A DNA stretch of 63,815 bases, filler included, from Neolecta irregularis DAH-3 (lineage: Eukaryota): the NCBI GenBank assembly GCA_001929475.1. It is 4 parts of 4 records of this genome, joined end to end, with 100 filler letters (N's around TTAATTAATTAA, not from the genome) between each part and the next. Parts side by side here need not be neighbours in the genome. Positions count along the whole stretch, not along the records: positions 26,251 to 54,915 come from LXFE01002257.1; positions 55,016 to 62,482 come from LXFE01002280.1; 2 more parts are not named here. One strand, given 5' to 3'. Positions within the stretch are counted from its first letter, which is position 1. The number at the start of each line of letters is the position of its first letter. This document shows positions 48,201 through 60,940 of the stretch, piece after piece. A program made the translations under genes and the position numbers. The notes beneath the pieces are model-generated. The model did no database searches and was not told the origin of the DNA. It saw nothing but the letters and a program-made list of their open reading frames with translations.

Positions 48201-48469
48201 AAACACGACAAATTTGCGAGAATGAAAGACGAAAAGCGGGTAAGTTGAATGGAAGAAGGGGGATCAGGCTGGGAGGGAGAAGCGGGCAACTTCAGGAAAA
48301 CACGGCGCGCGTACTTTTAATACAATCAATACAACAAAAAAACTTTGATTCATGACATAACATGAGAGCACTTCCAATAAAAAAGATAAAAGACCGTGCA
48401 ACGTCCCCGCCTGTATACAAAGTCCATATGGTTTACGTGTCTGAATTAAAATCATCATCATCATCATCA

Positions 48470-48826
48470 TCAAAGAAATATCTTTCGCCGAACCACATTC
48501 CACCAGCACTGTATCGAGTACTTTGTCGCCATAATACAGTCTGAGCAGCAGGTCGACGTGTAATCATCGTCGTCATCAAAGGATGATTTTTCACAAGGCG
48601 AAGAAGGAGTCTCTGAAAGATATTTCTCCAGAAATTCCGCGTTTGTTACTGCGTGTGTCTCAGGGATCGTGCACATTGCCATATTGATAACCGCGATGGG
48701 ACGAGGATGGAGAGAGGCGGATGCTACCAACAGGATGTGGGGAAGCACGAATTTATGAAAAGCCAATGGAGGGATACGATCACCTGTTTGTTTTAGAAAA
48801 TGCGCAAAAGAGTTAGCTTGAACCAT
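48470..48826 (-). CDS. Possible small hypothetical protein
   Basis: Stop-free frame with an acidic stretch and a CCxxC motif; no recognisable homology. Confidence 0.25.
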   Translation of the reverse strand: MVQANSFAHFLKQTGDRIPPLAFHKFVLPHILLVASASLHPRPIAVINMAMCTIPETHAVTNAEFLEKYLSETPSSPCEKSSFDDDDDYTSTCCSDCIMATKYSIQCWWNVVRRKIFL

Positions 48827-49233
48827 GAATTTTGGCACATTCTTGCGAGAAAGTCTTGCTTTGCAGTCAACAATGCAGTTCCAGAACTTTACCGATTTCG
48901 ATTTGCAAGTTTTAGCGGCGCTTGAGGTTGGACCGGCATCTTGAAATTGTGGACAGCCACGTTGCAAGTCGTATCGAGATGGTCATTTGTTTCCGAGCAT
49001 TTTAAGATGTGAAAAAGCGTATTTCTTTTCGGTCGCGCGATTCGTGGCGAGATATAACAGGCCTAGCGTCTTTTTTGACATGTAAACCCGGAAAAAATAT
49101 CCAGAGTTGCCCTAATTAGAACAAATCCTAACATGACAATAGAACATGCTATTAGGAGGAATAAAACATACCAATAGCATGAACAATACTGGAATTGAGC
49201 TGAAGATGACGATACTTCGGAACAATACTTTGA

Positions 49234-49435
49234 TTGGTCGAATACGACACATTTCAGAAAAATACGATGCCTCTTCGAATACGACACATTTCAGAAAAAT
49301 ATGACGACTAGTCGAATACGACACATTTCAGACCCAAACTATGATTGGTCGAATACGGGGACATTGAGAAGAATACTAGACTGGTCGAATAGGACACATT
49401 TCATAACAACATCATTGGTGGAATACGAACATTAG
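49234..49435. repeat. ~37-bp-period array with a conserved 21-bp core
   Basis: TCGAATACGACACATTTCAGA at 49238, 49275 and 49312; degenerate copies at 49349, 49385 and 49419. Confidence 0.9.
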
Positions 49436-49773
49436 ACTTGTTGAATTCTCATTTTGAGCGTTATTTCCACTGTAGCACTATTACCGGTGAGTCTGTATTT
49501 ATGCAACGGTTTGTTCGTGTTCAAATCCCCGCTAGGTTATTGTAACGAATGTTCTGGGCCCTCGACAATGGAGCAATTCTCCATAAACGATAGAAACTGT
49601 GATGTTTGCTGGAGGCTATATTTGAGAATAAACTGTCTTTGCAGTAGAAATCCTGTTTTCCAAGACATGAAATGCAATGTGCCTGAACAGCGAATATCCG
49701 AAATGTCGTAACATATCCAGCGAGGCGAGAAAATAATAAAAAAACCCGGAAAGAACACGGCCATTTACACAGT

Positions 49774-50256
49774 TTATTGTCTCAAATGATTCCAAACGCC
49801 TTCCAACCGTCGCACAATGCCATCTTTGCTTTGGTCCACTTCCATAAACGAGCTGCTTCCCTCACCCCATACCTCGTGGACGTATCTCCGGGTTGTTGAC
49901 AGGTAATCAACGGGATCAGTTGCAAATCTCGAGTCGTTGGAAATGTTTGGTCTGTTTGTGAAAGCCAGTTCTGCTTCGTCGAAATGTGACTGCTGCGAGA
50001 GCAGTTTTGCGACTTCGAGTCCGTCTTTTCCGGATCGAGAAGAGAAATCGGCAAATTCATTTTCTAGTCGGATATGATTAGACGTGCGAAATTGCACAGA
50101 ATTGTTTTGATTCGCCGAATAGAATATCTGCGGAAGATTGATATCGTCGTTTCTGGGTAATAACCCGCTTTTGGAGGAAAATGCGGATAGATCTGTTGAT
50201 GCAGCGGGTGATTGCTGACTTCTCTTTTCCTTTTCCTTGCCCTTGCTTTGTGCCAT
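49774..50256 (-). CDS. Conserved fungal hypothetical protein
   Basis: 160-aa single-exon ORF divergent from CDC55. Motifs DGLEVAKLLS, DPVDYL...YVHEVWG and RRL..VWNHL resemble an uncharacterised ascomycete family (recalled). Confidence 0.7.
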   Translation of the reverse strand: MAQSKGKEKEKRSQQSPAASTDLSAFSSKSGLLPRNDDINLPQIFYSANQNNSVQFRTSNHIRLENEFADFSSRSGKDGLEVAKLLSQQSHFDEAELAFTNRPNISNDSRFATDPVDYLSTTRRYVHEVWGEGSSSFMEVDQSKDGIVRRLEGVWNHLRQ

Positions 50257-50489
50257 TATTTTTTAACAGGATGGGGAATCGGATTTGAAATAGTGTTTTG
50301 GATCAAACGGGTCTTGTTTGGGGTGGCCACCAATCGCACAGTCAGCCAAACGCTACACCCGTCATCTGCCCTCCGACATTCTTGCGTTACCTGTATAGCC
50401 CGCCAACCCACAAATCTCTGCTTTTTGCCCTACTTGCAATAGATTAATTATCCTCGGAAGCGCATCGCGGGGTTTTTGCTGTAGAGACA

Positions 50490-52220
50490 ATGGGCGATGG
50501 CGACCAGCACCCGTGGAAATTCGCACAGTATGGCAAAAATAATAATACGGGAACCAGTCTGCTAACCCGCAAAGATGCTTTGGAGATAAAGGAGATGTAG
50601 AAGATATCACCGAGGGTACGTATTTCTCTTTTTTGCGTATACCGAACAGACCCTGCGCCTGCGGGATTCCCTCTCTGAGAGCCCGTTTGAATTCTTGAAT
50701 CAGTCATCCACGCTGTAGAAATATTCTCGTGGTCGCATTTTCTCTTTCGAAGCGCAAAACCAACCTGCACTTGATTGAACGAAGCTAAACTGTCTCAGCC
50801 GATATAATCTCGACTGTTGAATTTGACCATACTGGAAACTACCTTGCAACAGGCGATAAAGGTGGCCGAGTGGTGCTCTTTGAAAGAAATGAATCGGTGC
50901 GTCAACATCCATCGGTCCCTGATACCTCGAGCTAATCTTCCCTTTAGAAAAAAGGCTGCGAATACAAATTTCATACCGAGTTTCAGTCCCATGAACCCGA
51001 ATTCGATTACCTCAAATCCCTCGAAATCGAAGAAAAGATCAACAAAATCAAATGGTGCAGACGATCAAATGCAGCCCATTTTCTCCTCTCCACTAATGGT
51101 AAATCTCCGGCTAAAATCACTGATCCAAAACTAGATAAAACGATTAAATTATGGAAAATCACAGAAAAATCGCTCAAGGTGGTAGCCGAAAACAATTTGA
51201 CCGATCGGCCAGATCCAAATGCATATCTTGACTATTTACGCCTTCCAAGGATGCAGCATCACGATACGATCGTAGCAGCAACACCTCGACGCGTATATAG
51301 CAATGCTCACGCATATCATATCAACTCCATCTCACCCAACAGCGATGTGGAGACCTTTATTTCTGCAGACGATTTACGTATTAATCTATGGAACTTGGAT
51401 ATCGCAGATCAGTCATTTAGTACTGGATAGCTATATGCCCTATATTGATTTTTTAGATATCGTCGATATTAAACCTGTCAATATGGAAGAGTTGACAGAA
51501 GTCATTACTGCCGCTGAATTTCATCCATCTCATTGCAACATCTTTATGTATTCGTCATCAAAGGGAACAATTAAACTTGGTGATATGAGAGCCGCTGCTC
51601 TCTGTGATCAACATGCCAATAGTACGAATTGGGTTTATATATTTATCTCACATTCTAGTATTCGAAGAGGAAGAAGATCCTCAAAACAAATCCTTCTTTT
51701 CCGAAATTATCTCGTCTATATCCGACGTTCGGTTTTCCAAGGATGGACGTTACATTTTATCCCGAGATTACCTATCACTCAAGATTTGGGATATAAACAT
51801 GAACAGGGGCCCCGTTACAACAATAAATATCCACGACCATCTCCGCTCCAAACTTTGCGATCTTTACGAAAATGATTGTATCTTTGACAAATTTGAATGT
51901 ACTTTTTCGGGAGATTCAAGTCAAGTTTTGACTGGTTCCTACAATAACAATTTCATGATTTATACAACTGTAAGCAACGAACGTTCTGGTAATGGCGAGG
52001 TCGTTTTACAAGCGGATAAGAGTGCTTTCAAGACAAAAAGGCTAAAGAGGAAGGGCAAGGCGGAAATTAATACTGATAATATTGACTATGGAAAAAAGAT
52101 ACTACATGCTAGTTGGCATCCAAATGAAGATAGCATAGCGATTGCCGCGACGAATAATGTATCATTCTGGCGCGTTAACATTTGGCTGATGACTAGTTAT
52201 TTGTCTTTTCAACGTTGTAG
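50490..52220 (+). CDS. CDC55: PP2A regulatory subunit B55
   Basis: [86 protein letters not shown]. Confidence 0.97.
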
Positions 52221-52455
52221 ATCGTAGAGTTTGAACAAATTGAGTCTGATTGGTAGCGATAAGAATTTGGGCGATCATCTGTCTAATTGGCAAAAGAAAA
52301 AGCTGTTTCGGTGCTCGTTCTTTGTGTGTGTGGATGTCATTCTTTCTCCGAATATCCTGTTTCTTCCGCTTTTCATTGGTTTCAATCATTTGTCAATACC
52401 AATCGCAATGTGAATATACTCTAAACGTGTCAAAAACCTCCATGTCTAGGACCGT

Positions 52456-53358
52456 CTAAACTAATAAAACAGCATTTACAACTCCATCGTTCTCTGGATT
52501 ATTTGTGATCTGTGCATATTTTCCCCATATTACTTTCCCACCGGCTGTAACCAGTCCCATTTCACTGACGTTCACCTCAACTACAGTATTAGTATTTCAA
52601 ACGGGCAAGGATGCATACTGATTGTCCCTTTTGTCAGCACCCCCAGTTGAGTATACATTGGATTTTGAGGATTTTTCTTGACTCCAAGAATTGGGAATTG
52701 CATAGTTACAGCGAGCTCCGGGCTAGAGAAAAGTTAGCATCACCTTGTAAACGCAAATAATTACTGTGTTACGTTGACCTTTTTGTAACGTAACGCACTT
52801 GGTCTGATGAACCGTTCATATTTAGGCGGCCGTCTGGTAAATCCTTCACCGACAAAAGTAGCTTTTGAAATCATGCGCTTCCATTGTTTCGCTAAAACGT
52901 TAAACCAGTCAACTCGCGGAAAAATCTATACTCTTGCTCTTCCCTGTTTTCACGACCTTGAACATTTCATCCTCAGCTATACCACGGACTTTAGGTAATG
53001 GAACCGCCCATCTGGCAGCCTTTTCCTTTCTTTTGGCTTTGACCATGCTACTCAGAATTTTGGCTTGCTTTTCACCTTGACGATCTAGCAGATACGCAGG
53101 AACAGCGCCGCCTGGGACTTCCCCTGTATCTCTCTGCTTAACACTTCGTTCTTCATGCTGCTTGATTTGCTTTTTCATTTGTATTTTTTCGGTATGCCGT
53201 TTCTTTGCAAACATCTTGGCTTTAATACCGGTTAATCTTTGGGCTTTGAGGGATATTTTATGAGATTCTCGAGCGAGCTTTTTGCGTTGCCTTTCAGCAT
53301 GATCGAATCTTTTTCCATGACGTTTCTGAAAGAGTTCAATATGCTCATTTTGAGGCAT
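52456..53358 (-). CDS. NSA2: Ribosome biogenesis protein Nsa2
   Basis: [77 protein letters not shown]. Confidence 0.97.
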
Positions 53359-53995
53359 CTTGACTGCACTTTATTAACTTTATGGTTAAAGGCTTTCTTT
53401 GGGAAATAGAAATAGCTGTGGAGAGAGTTGGTTGTTACAAGCGAATAGAGAGTATTTACTAGAGGTTAAATTTTTATGAGCCACGCCCACGACTCTTTCG
53501 TTTCCTAGATCGTCGACTACAAGTCATTAGATCTACAAACCATCATTAAATTCTATACCCACTTATAAGAACCGTTTAGAAGAGAATCATTTGTTATATG
53601 CAAATCTGCTTTTCTCATCATCGTCTAGTCTATCTGAATCTGCGTGAAAATAGGTTCGGTGCGAATACCAATGCCTGTGATCACGAAAGGAATTTCAAGC
53701 AGGTCACCAAGATCATCCTGAGATCCATGCTGAAATCAAGAAATCTTTTTTGATATGTTGAAATTTTCTGTCGAAGACCCTGGGGATACAAGTCTAAACT
53801 CTACAAGAGATGCGCATAAGTACAACTCCAGTAACTTAAAGATGAGCAGAATATGCGAGAACGATAGACAGAATAGCATACGACACCCCCGTAAATCTTC
53901 CATACATAGAAATAGTCATTGACGAAGATCAAAGATGGCCCGGGCATATTTGGTTTACAGGTACACCTTTGCGCATCCTCTTGCTGGTTCAGCAG

Positions 53996-54182
53996 TGTAG
54001 ATTAAGCTCATCTCGGCCCGCGGCTGCTCCGGCATAGTAGCGGCACCCTGGTCACCCTATCAATTTCCACACCAATTTCGGACAATTTGTATTATATAAA
54101 GTAGATAGGCGTTCATTACCTAGCCGAGTTCAGTCACTCAGGCTAGTATAATAAACCTGGTCATATTCGAACTCGAGCTACA
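53996..54182 (+). mobile_element. Short LTR-like segment
   Basis: TGTAG...CTACA termini with internal TATATAAAG and AATAAA; followed by further GAGTTACAAC(A/G)CTT copies; no TSD seen. Confidence 0.35.
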
Positions 54183-54290
54183 ACACTTACACTGAGTTAC
54201 AACGCTTAGGCTAGGTATGTCCTTGTACGGAGTTACAACACTTCGGCTAGAAATATATCCTGGTCTTATTTGTAACTTTTGGCGTTAAGC

Positions 54291-54915
54291 TTACAATAGC
54301 CCAGGCTGGACAAGATCGCGAATGCCATCTTTAATTGTATTGAGCAAGAAAAGACCTTCGTCATAGCGATCTTCATTGTCATCACCTTGTGATTCCTTTG
54401 TTGTAGTAATAGATCCAGGCAGGATGATTTTCATGGCATCTTCAACTGCAACTGTGCCAATACCTTTCAGTCCTTTGATTCCGTATCCCATGGCACCGAG
54501 TATCGCCTTCGTATTTGGCCCTATGGAGCCGACAACTGTGTCATAAGGCCGTGAGATGCAAGGATTCATCAAATAGTCAGCGTTTTTGTCGTCAATGTGT
54601 GAGCAATCGGAACTCAGATGGATATCTTTACATAAAGATGACTAGTTTTGCTATTCGCCTTCCAGCATCTTGGCATACGTCCAAGAAGTGGGTATTCTTT
54701 TCAACATCATGAAGAGGATGTAATTCACAAATAATCTTCCCAGTGCTTGGCACAAAGCCGCCAAAGGGATCGTTTGGTTTCCATTCGGTAACCTTTAGTA
54801 ACTTCATTTTATCTTCATCATTGAATGGTCGACTGGGATAATGTCTGACATCATTCACAGGGTCATAAACGATCCAAGTTGCATGCTTGATAGGATCGTA
54901 GTTGGAGTCCCAAGT
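54291..54915 (-). CDS. 3' part of an unidentified or disrupted coding sequence, truncated by the gap
   Basis: Two protein-like frames (WDSNYDPIKHATWIVYDP...; SSLCKDIHLSSDC...DYLMNPCISRPYD...) offset near 54640. Confidence 0.35.
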
Positions 54916-55015
54916 NNNNNNNNNNNNNNNNNNNNNNNNNNNNNNNNNNNNNNNNNNNNTTAATTAATTAANNNNNNNNNNNNNNNNNNNNNNNNNNNNN
55001 NNNNNNNNNNNNNNN
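54916..55015. other. Artificial contig linker
   Basis: 44 N + TTAATTAATTAA + 44 N. Confidence 0.97.
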
Positions 55016-56507
55016 GCCGTCAAGGATCTCTCTATCAAGGTCCGCCAACTCCTTGGCCTTGATTTGCTGGAGCATTGCAACTACCGGGTTCGGCATAGAA
55101 GCGAATATGAGATCGGCATCTTTTGTTAGAGGTCCACCTAGATGCTTAGCGACAGTCATACCGTCACGACCAACCTTCCTCATAAAGACCCTGGAAAAAT
55201 AGTTTCACTGCGTTCTTTTTACTGCATACATATGTGCTGGATCTCTGAACCATAGTTACGTCGGCTCCATGTTCGTAAAAGTCTTGAGCAATATCATGAC
55301 CGCTATATCATTAGTCTCAAAATGGAAGGGCTATACGAATTACCACTTCCAATCACAATAGCTTTTCTCCCGGACCAACTCTTTCCAGTCGTATGCGCGC
55401 TAGAATGATGTACCTTGCCCTTGAAGTTGTCCATTCCCTTGAAAACTGGGATATTTGGTTCTCCACTCACACCGGTTGCCAAGACAATATGTGCAGGATT
55501 CAGAGTTCGATTAGCTCCATCTTTTCGATTGACCTCAACGGTCCAACGTTTTGCTTGTTCGTCAAAAGTGGACCTTTCAATAGTCGTTCCTGTCCAAGCA
55601 TTCAACTCGAGAGACTTTACATAACTTTCCAACCAGTCTGCGAGTTGGTCTTTTGCGGGGAATATCGGCCAACTTTCAGGAAAGGGATTATATGGAAGAT
55701 GATGGAACCAAACTGGGTCATGCTAGAGCGTTTATTTTATCAGCCTCGAACCAGTAGAGATACCAAAACAAGCGATTCATAACGTTTGCGCCAATTATCT
55801 CCGATTCTATTCTCCTTCTCGACGACCAGGGCATCGACCCCAAGCATGCTGAGCCTTGCAGCAATACAAAGGCCGGCCTGCCCGCCACCAACAATAAGTA
55901 CTTCAGGGTCGGCTTTCTCAAGCGCCTCACGTCGTTGTTCCGCCCAGCTCTTCCGACCTAGATGCTCACCATCGATTGCACCACAGCTTCGATACAGTCC
56001 TATCTTCTCTTCGTACCCTTTCAATTCAGACATGTTGGTAAAGATTGTGAAAGCTTTCCAGTCCATTCCCTCTTGTTGCAGTCGAATAATACCTCGACCT
56101 CGAGCTTTTTCTGTCTCAAACTTGAAAAAAACCTGTATCCAAGTAAAACGGCCTTTGCCATCAACCAATAGAGGTGTTTTCCCGTGTTCAATTTCCATAG
56201 AATAAAATTGGGCTTTTCGAAGGTAAGTGGTAAGAAACTGCTCAATATTGTAGTGATCATGAACTGTGCGGAATTCCCAACTGAGGGCTAGTTTATCTCG
56301 CCACCAGCCGTGAGGATGGATCAGCTCCATAACTCTAGCGATATTGCACTTCTCCAAAGCTATGGAGAAATCTCCTATAAAAGTTTTCGCGAGGCTAACG
56401 ACTTTGGAGTCGTATTTTGAAGAGTGTGCGATGGGTTCTTTTGGAGAACTGGTATCGAGAACAAGATCAAGCAATGGAGGGGGATTCTGAGCAGAATTAA
56501 CGTCCAT
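55016..56507 (-). CDS. Flavin-containing monooxygenase with N-terminal extension (3' end lost in the gap)
   Basis: [50 protein letters not shown] (FMO motif), VIGSGNSGHDIA, TMVQR. Confidence 0.92.
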
Positions 56508-56891
56508 ATCTGTTGATACGGGGGCCTGTGATTGTATGGGTTTATATAACTAATGCTAGCAAGTTCTTCATTCTAAAGCAGGTATTGGGAAGGTGCCTGC
56601 ACAACAGATCGGACCTAGCAACTATAATAGACTGTAGAATAGCGTGTTGATGGACAGTCTATGTTCTCACGACTTTAGGTTGGCAAGGCGGATAGTAAAG
56701 TTACAGGGTTATAATATGGATTTTACCAAATGGAAATAAGCTTGATTCTTTCTGCAAAAGACATGCTTTTGATGCAAAAGGCCTCTGAGATTTCTCAATG
56801 TTGCAAGTTGAGGTGCTACACTGCGGAGAGCTGGTCAGACTCTGCTCTTCTTTCCGAAACTCACCACCATCTTTAAAATTAGCTGTCCTCA

Positions 56892-58424
56892 ATGACAACT
56901 CTCCTGCGCCGCTCCAGCAAATTTCCGCGCCTTGTCAGGGGTCTTGCTTCGGCGGTTCTGCCTCAAACACAGACGACGACTCTCAAGAATGGATTCACCA
57001 TTGCCACCGAATACTCGCCCTATGCACAAACGGCGACAGTTGGTGTGTGGATTGATTGCGGTTCTCGAAACGAAACTCTCCAAAATAATGGAACCGCGCA
57101 TTTTCTCGAACATTTGTCATTTAAAGGGACGAAAAATCGGAGTCAGCAACAACTAGAAATGCAAATTGAAAATATGGGTGCACATTTGAACGCTTATACT
57201 TCGAGGAATGCCGTATTTTCTATACACTACTAATGTGCATTAGAGAGCAAACAGTGTACTACTCCAAATCATTCAAAGATGATGTCCCTGCAAATGTAGA
57301 AATTCTTTCTGATATACTTCAAAATTCATTGCTCGAAAATGGTGCAATCGAGAGAGAGCGCGACGTCATCCTCCGAGAACAGGAGGAGGTCGAGAAGCAA
57401 ACAGAAGAATTGGTGTTTGACCATCTCCATGCGACGGCCTTTCAGGATCATTCCCTTGGAAGAACCATTCTCGGTCCTGAGGAAAACATCAAAAATATCA
57501 AACAAAATGATCTTTTGGCATATATAGACGAAAACTATCGGTCTGATCGGATGATCCTCGTTGGTGCCGGAGGAGTCCCCCACCAAACACTCGTAGAACT
57601 GGCCGATAAATACTTTTCCAAGCTTGTTCCCTCAGAGGTGCCTACAACACTTGGTATCGCTCGAGACTCGCCTCCACAGTTTGTTGGCAGTGAAGTACGA
57701 ATCCGAGACGATACAATGAACACCTCTCATATCACACTAGCTGTTAACGGCGTTTCTTGGAAATCGCCCGACTACTTCACAATGTTAATCATGCAAGCGA
57801 TAATTGGTAACTGGGATCGCGCACTAGGAGCCGCAAATCATATGTCCTCTCGCCTTTCCGGGATTGTAAGTCAAAATCACCTTGCGAATAGTTTCATGAG
57901 TTTTTCGACTGCGTACTCGGATGCGGGGTTATGGGGAATCTATCTTGTTTCGGAGAGTAAAGACTGCCTCGACGATCTTGTTCATTTCACATTGAAGGAA
58001 TGGAGTCGGCTAAGTATAAGTGTTACGGAAGCTGAGCTTGAACGTATATGGTATAATAAAAATATTTACTAATGTCAGGTGCCAAGACCCAGCTCAAAGC
58101 GTCTCTTCTCCTTACACTGGATGGAACGACTGCGGTCGCAGAGGATATGTAGTGCCCCTTTTATATGATGTCTAATATAGTCAGCGGTCGACAAATTATT
58201 ACCACAGGTCGACGAATGACTCCGGGAGAAGTCGACTTTGAAATCTCCAAAGTAACGGTTGCTGATGTTCAGCGAGTTGCTCAAGAAAAACTTTGGTGTG
58301 CTTTATCTTTCAATATTTCTCATATTTTAGGGACCAAGATTTGGCTATTGCTGCTGTTGGTTCAATTGAAGGATTGTTGGATTATAATAGAATTCGGGCG
58401 GATATGAGTCTCAATAGATGGTAG
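56892..58424 (+). CDS. MAS1: Mitochondrial processing peptidase beta subunit / complex III core 1
   Basis: Presequence; [16 protein letters not shown] (HxxEH); [49 protein letters not shown]. Confidence 0.96.
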
Positions 58425-58646
58425 AGTTGAACATATAAAGTCTGCATAGATGTCTAACCATCTTGACAATTTTCCGAAAAGATACTGCAAGAGTCTTACT
58501 TTCTGACCTTGGGCATTTTTCCTGGCCATTAGAGTTTACATTCTTAAGCTTATGATCCAGCCGTTTCTCACTGCAAGTCTTAACCAGTCTAAGAGTACTG
58601 CCATAGATTGAACTTGTAACAAAAGCAATATACTGCGTACAGTCCT

Positions 58647-58831
58647 AGATATGAAATCTTAGCTCCTATATGTATGGTACTATTTTAGTCCCATATACAC
58701 CTAGTCTTTTCCGCAAGTACCACCGTCCCCAANNNNNNNNNNTGCAGATATGAAATCTTAGCTCGTATATGTATGGTACTATTTTAGTCCCATATACACC
58801 TAGTCTTTTCCGCAAGTACCACCGTCCCCAA
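58647..58831. repeat. ~85-bp direct repeat spanning a 10-N gap (likely an unmerged overlap)
   Basis: AGATATGAAATCTTAGCTC...ACCGTCCCCAA on both sides of the gap, with 1 mismatch. Confidence 0.75.
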
Positions 58832-59182
58832 TATAAATATGTATACGCTGTACTCATAAATACCATGTAATATTTGGAGTGTGAAATGGCTTGCCTCGTA
58901 CATAGAACGTTATAAGAGATTCAGCAGTCTATCAAATCATTTGAGCGAAAGGTTAATGTCCAGTGTGGTGCGACAAAGGATAATCAGCATAATCAAGGTT
59001 CATGTGATGATATTCTCCAAAAGCAAATTGGCAAAGGAAACTATCAACTAACTAGTCCTAGACTTGGAACAAAAGGTCTATGATTAACTCTTGGAGTAGA
59101 AAAATTAAGCAACAGCAAATAAATGTCTTAATAGCCAAATAAAAGCCCAAACCAAAATAAGGATCTGGAAGAGGAGTGTTGA

Positions 59183-60940
59183 CTAGAATAATGCAAGGAA
59201 AATGAGGGTGGAGAGTATGGTGATATAAGGGACCCGACGGTTGGAAGCCGCGGACCGGGTAGTAGAACCCAGTGAGGGCGTTTGACTTGTGGAGGGTGTA
59301 ATCGGGGTGGACTGCTGACAAAAGTCTTTGGCGATGGAAGAAGGATAATATACCTTTTATGATCAATCTTAGAAAAGAGACAGGGTACCCGCGGTTCTCC
59401 ATTTGTCAAGTCGGTTTTGATGGTTCCGTCGGTATCAACCGAGATTTGAGTACATCCGACGACCTACAACTGATCAGCATGGCTATTATAAGCAGAGACA
59501 TCGAGAAGTTTTGTAGACGGTGGCATTCCCGAGGGAACAACTACACCTTGCAAATTCTCCTGGCCAAGATTATTTAGTACAACGATAACATCACCTTTCC
59601 TCCAAGCGAGTACATGAGTTGAAGCGACGTCTAAGATAGTGGAAACAGAAGTAAGAAATGTGTTGTTGGACTTTGCGGCATTTGAGCGAAGGGAGTTTAA
59701 AGTAGAAAGGAGTTTATAAGCTGGTGCAGAAACATTGAACCCTAAAGTCCAGAGGGCCTCTCGGTTATCAGGGTCGGCTTTGCCAGTAAATGATTGTTCT
59801 TGGCCCTGATAGATGACTGGAATTCCATCGTAGAGGACAGTGAAGGCGATGACATTATGTTGAAGAGAAGTATCATTGATGGACCCTGCCAACCGTGGAA
59901 GATCGTGGTTTTCTGAGAATGTCCCAAGGACGGTGGTATCCTGCCGAAAGAGGATTAGTGTATATCAAGAGAGCGATGCAATACTTTGCATTTAGAGCGC
60001 ATATCGTTGATCATGGTAGTAAGTTCAGAGATAGAACCATCTGAATTCGTAAAAGCTCTGATCAAAGGGAAGTAGGTAGCGAAATCAAGCATTCCGTCCA
60101 TTGGCCCTTGATAATCACAGAGTAACTCGCTATTTCCATAGTATACTTCACCGATGCAATAAACGCCTGCCGAATGGCAAAATTCCTTCCAAAAGGGTTT
60201 TCGAATTGATTTCCCCGCATCGAGACGAATTCCATCGAATGAGTAGAAAGACGTGATGTTCTTGATGTAATCGTAAAGTACGGTCTCTACTTGGTCTAAT
60301 TCGGTGTTAATGTCAGGAAGAGGGACACTATTGTCTCCCATCCAGCACTAAAGGTCATTGAGGCGGAGGAGAGAAAGGGTACGTCTTCAGCAGAGGTTTG
60401 GTTTGACCAATTAATCCAGCATTGGGGATGATAATATTTGATATTGTTAAAAGGCTCAAAGACTGAGTAGTCTATGGAACTTGCGGGGCCTTTTGCAGCG
60501 ACGTTGTTCACGACGATGTCAATCATAATATACATGCCTGGTGGATTAGTGTAGAAGAGAAGAAGAGGACCTCGTTTGTGAACATTTTCAACAAGAGCAC
60601 GCAACTCGTCGTCTGTGCCGAAATTATGGTTTAGCCTGTCGAGCCTCTGGACCCAGTAGCCGGTGTAGCCATAGCCGTAATCTGTGTTATCTGGCAGTCC
60701 TGCGTGGATGGGACTGATCCATATGGCGGAGAAGCCCATGGCCTGGATATAGTCGAGGTTTGCTGCGAGTCCCTTCCAGGTGCCGCCGCAATACTTTCTA
60801 TCTTGGGTATTACAGGACGGGGTACCGGCTGTTGGGGCGAAACGGTCGACCATGACCTGGTAGATAGAGCGAGAGCGCCAGTCATCGGACGACGCACCCA
60901 AAGCTGCGGGTAACAACGAGAGTAATGTCAAGGGACGCAT
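59183..60940 (-). CDS. GPI-anchored GH13 alpha-amylase-like protein (Aah/Agt type)
   Basis: Signal peptide; WRSRSIYQVMVDRFA; YCGGTWKG; GIRLDAGK, IGEV and ENHDLPR give the catalytic triad. Spliced C-terminus has a Ser/Thr-rich stalk and hydrophobic tail ITILSTLIFLALF*. Confidence 0.93.

Noticed and set aside
49234-49435. CRISPR array interpretation of the 37-bp array (and of 61764-62012)
   Set aside because: Eukaryotic intron-rich context, spacers too short and mutually similar, and no cas genes.
53465-53482. RRPE/PAC-like AAATTTTTATGAG upstream of NSA2
   Set aside because: Imperfect match in AT-rich DNA; plausible but not distinguishable from chance.
58647-58831. Biological tandem repeat or Helitron 3' end (hairpin + CTAG)
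   Set aside because: The duplicate straddles a 10-N gap, typical of an unmerged overlap, and the hairpin is AT-rich and atypical.
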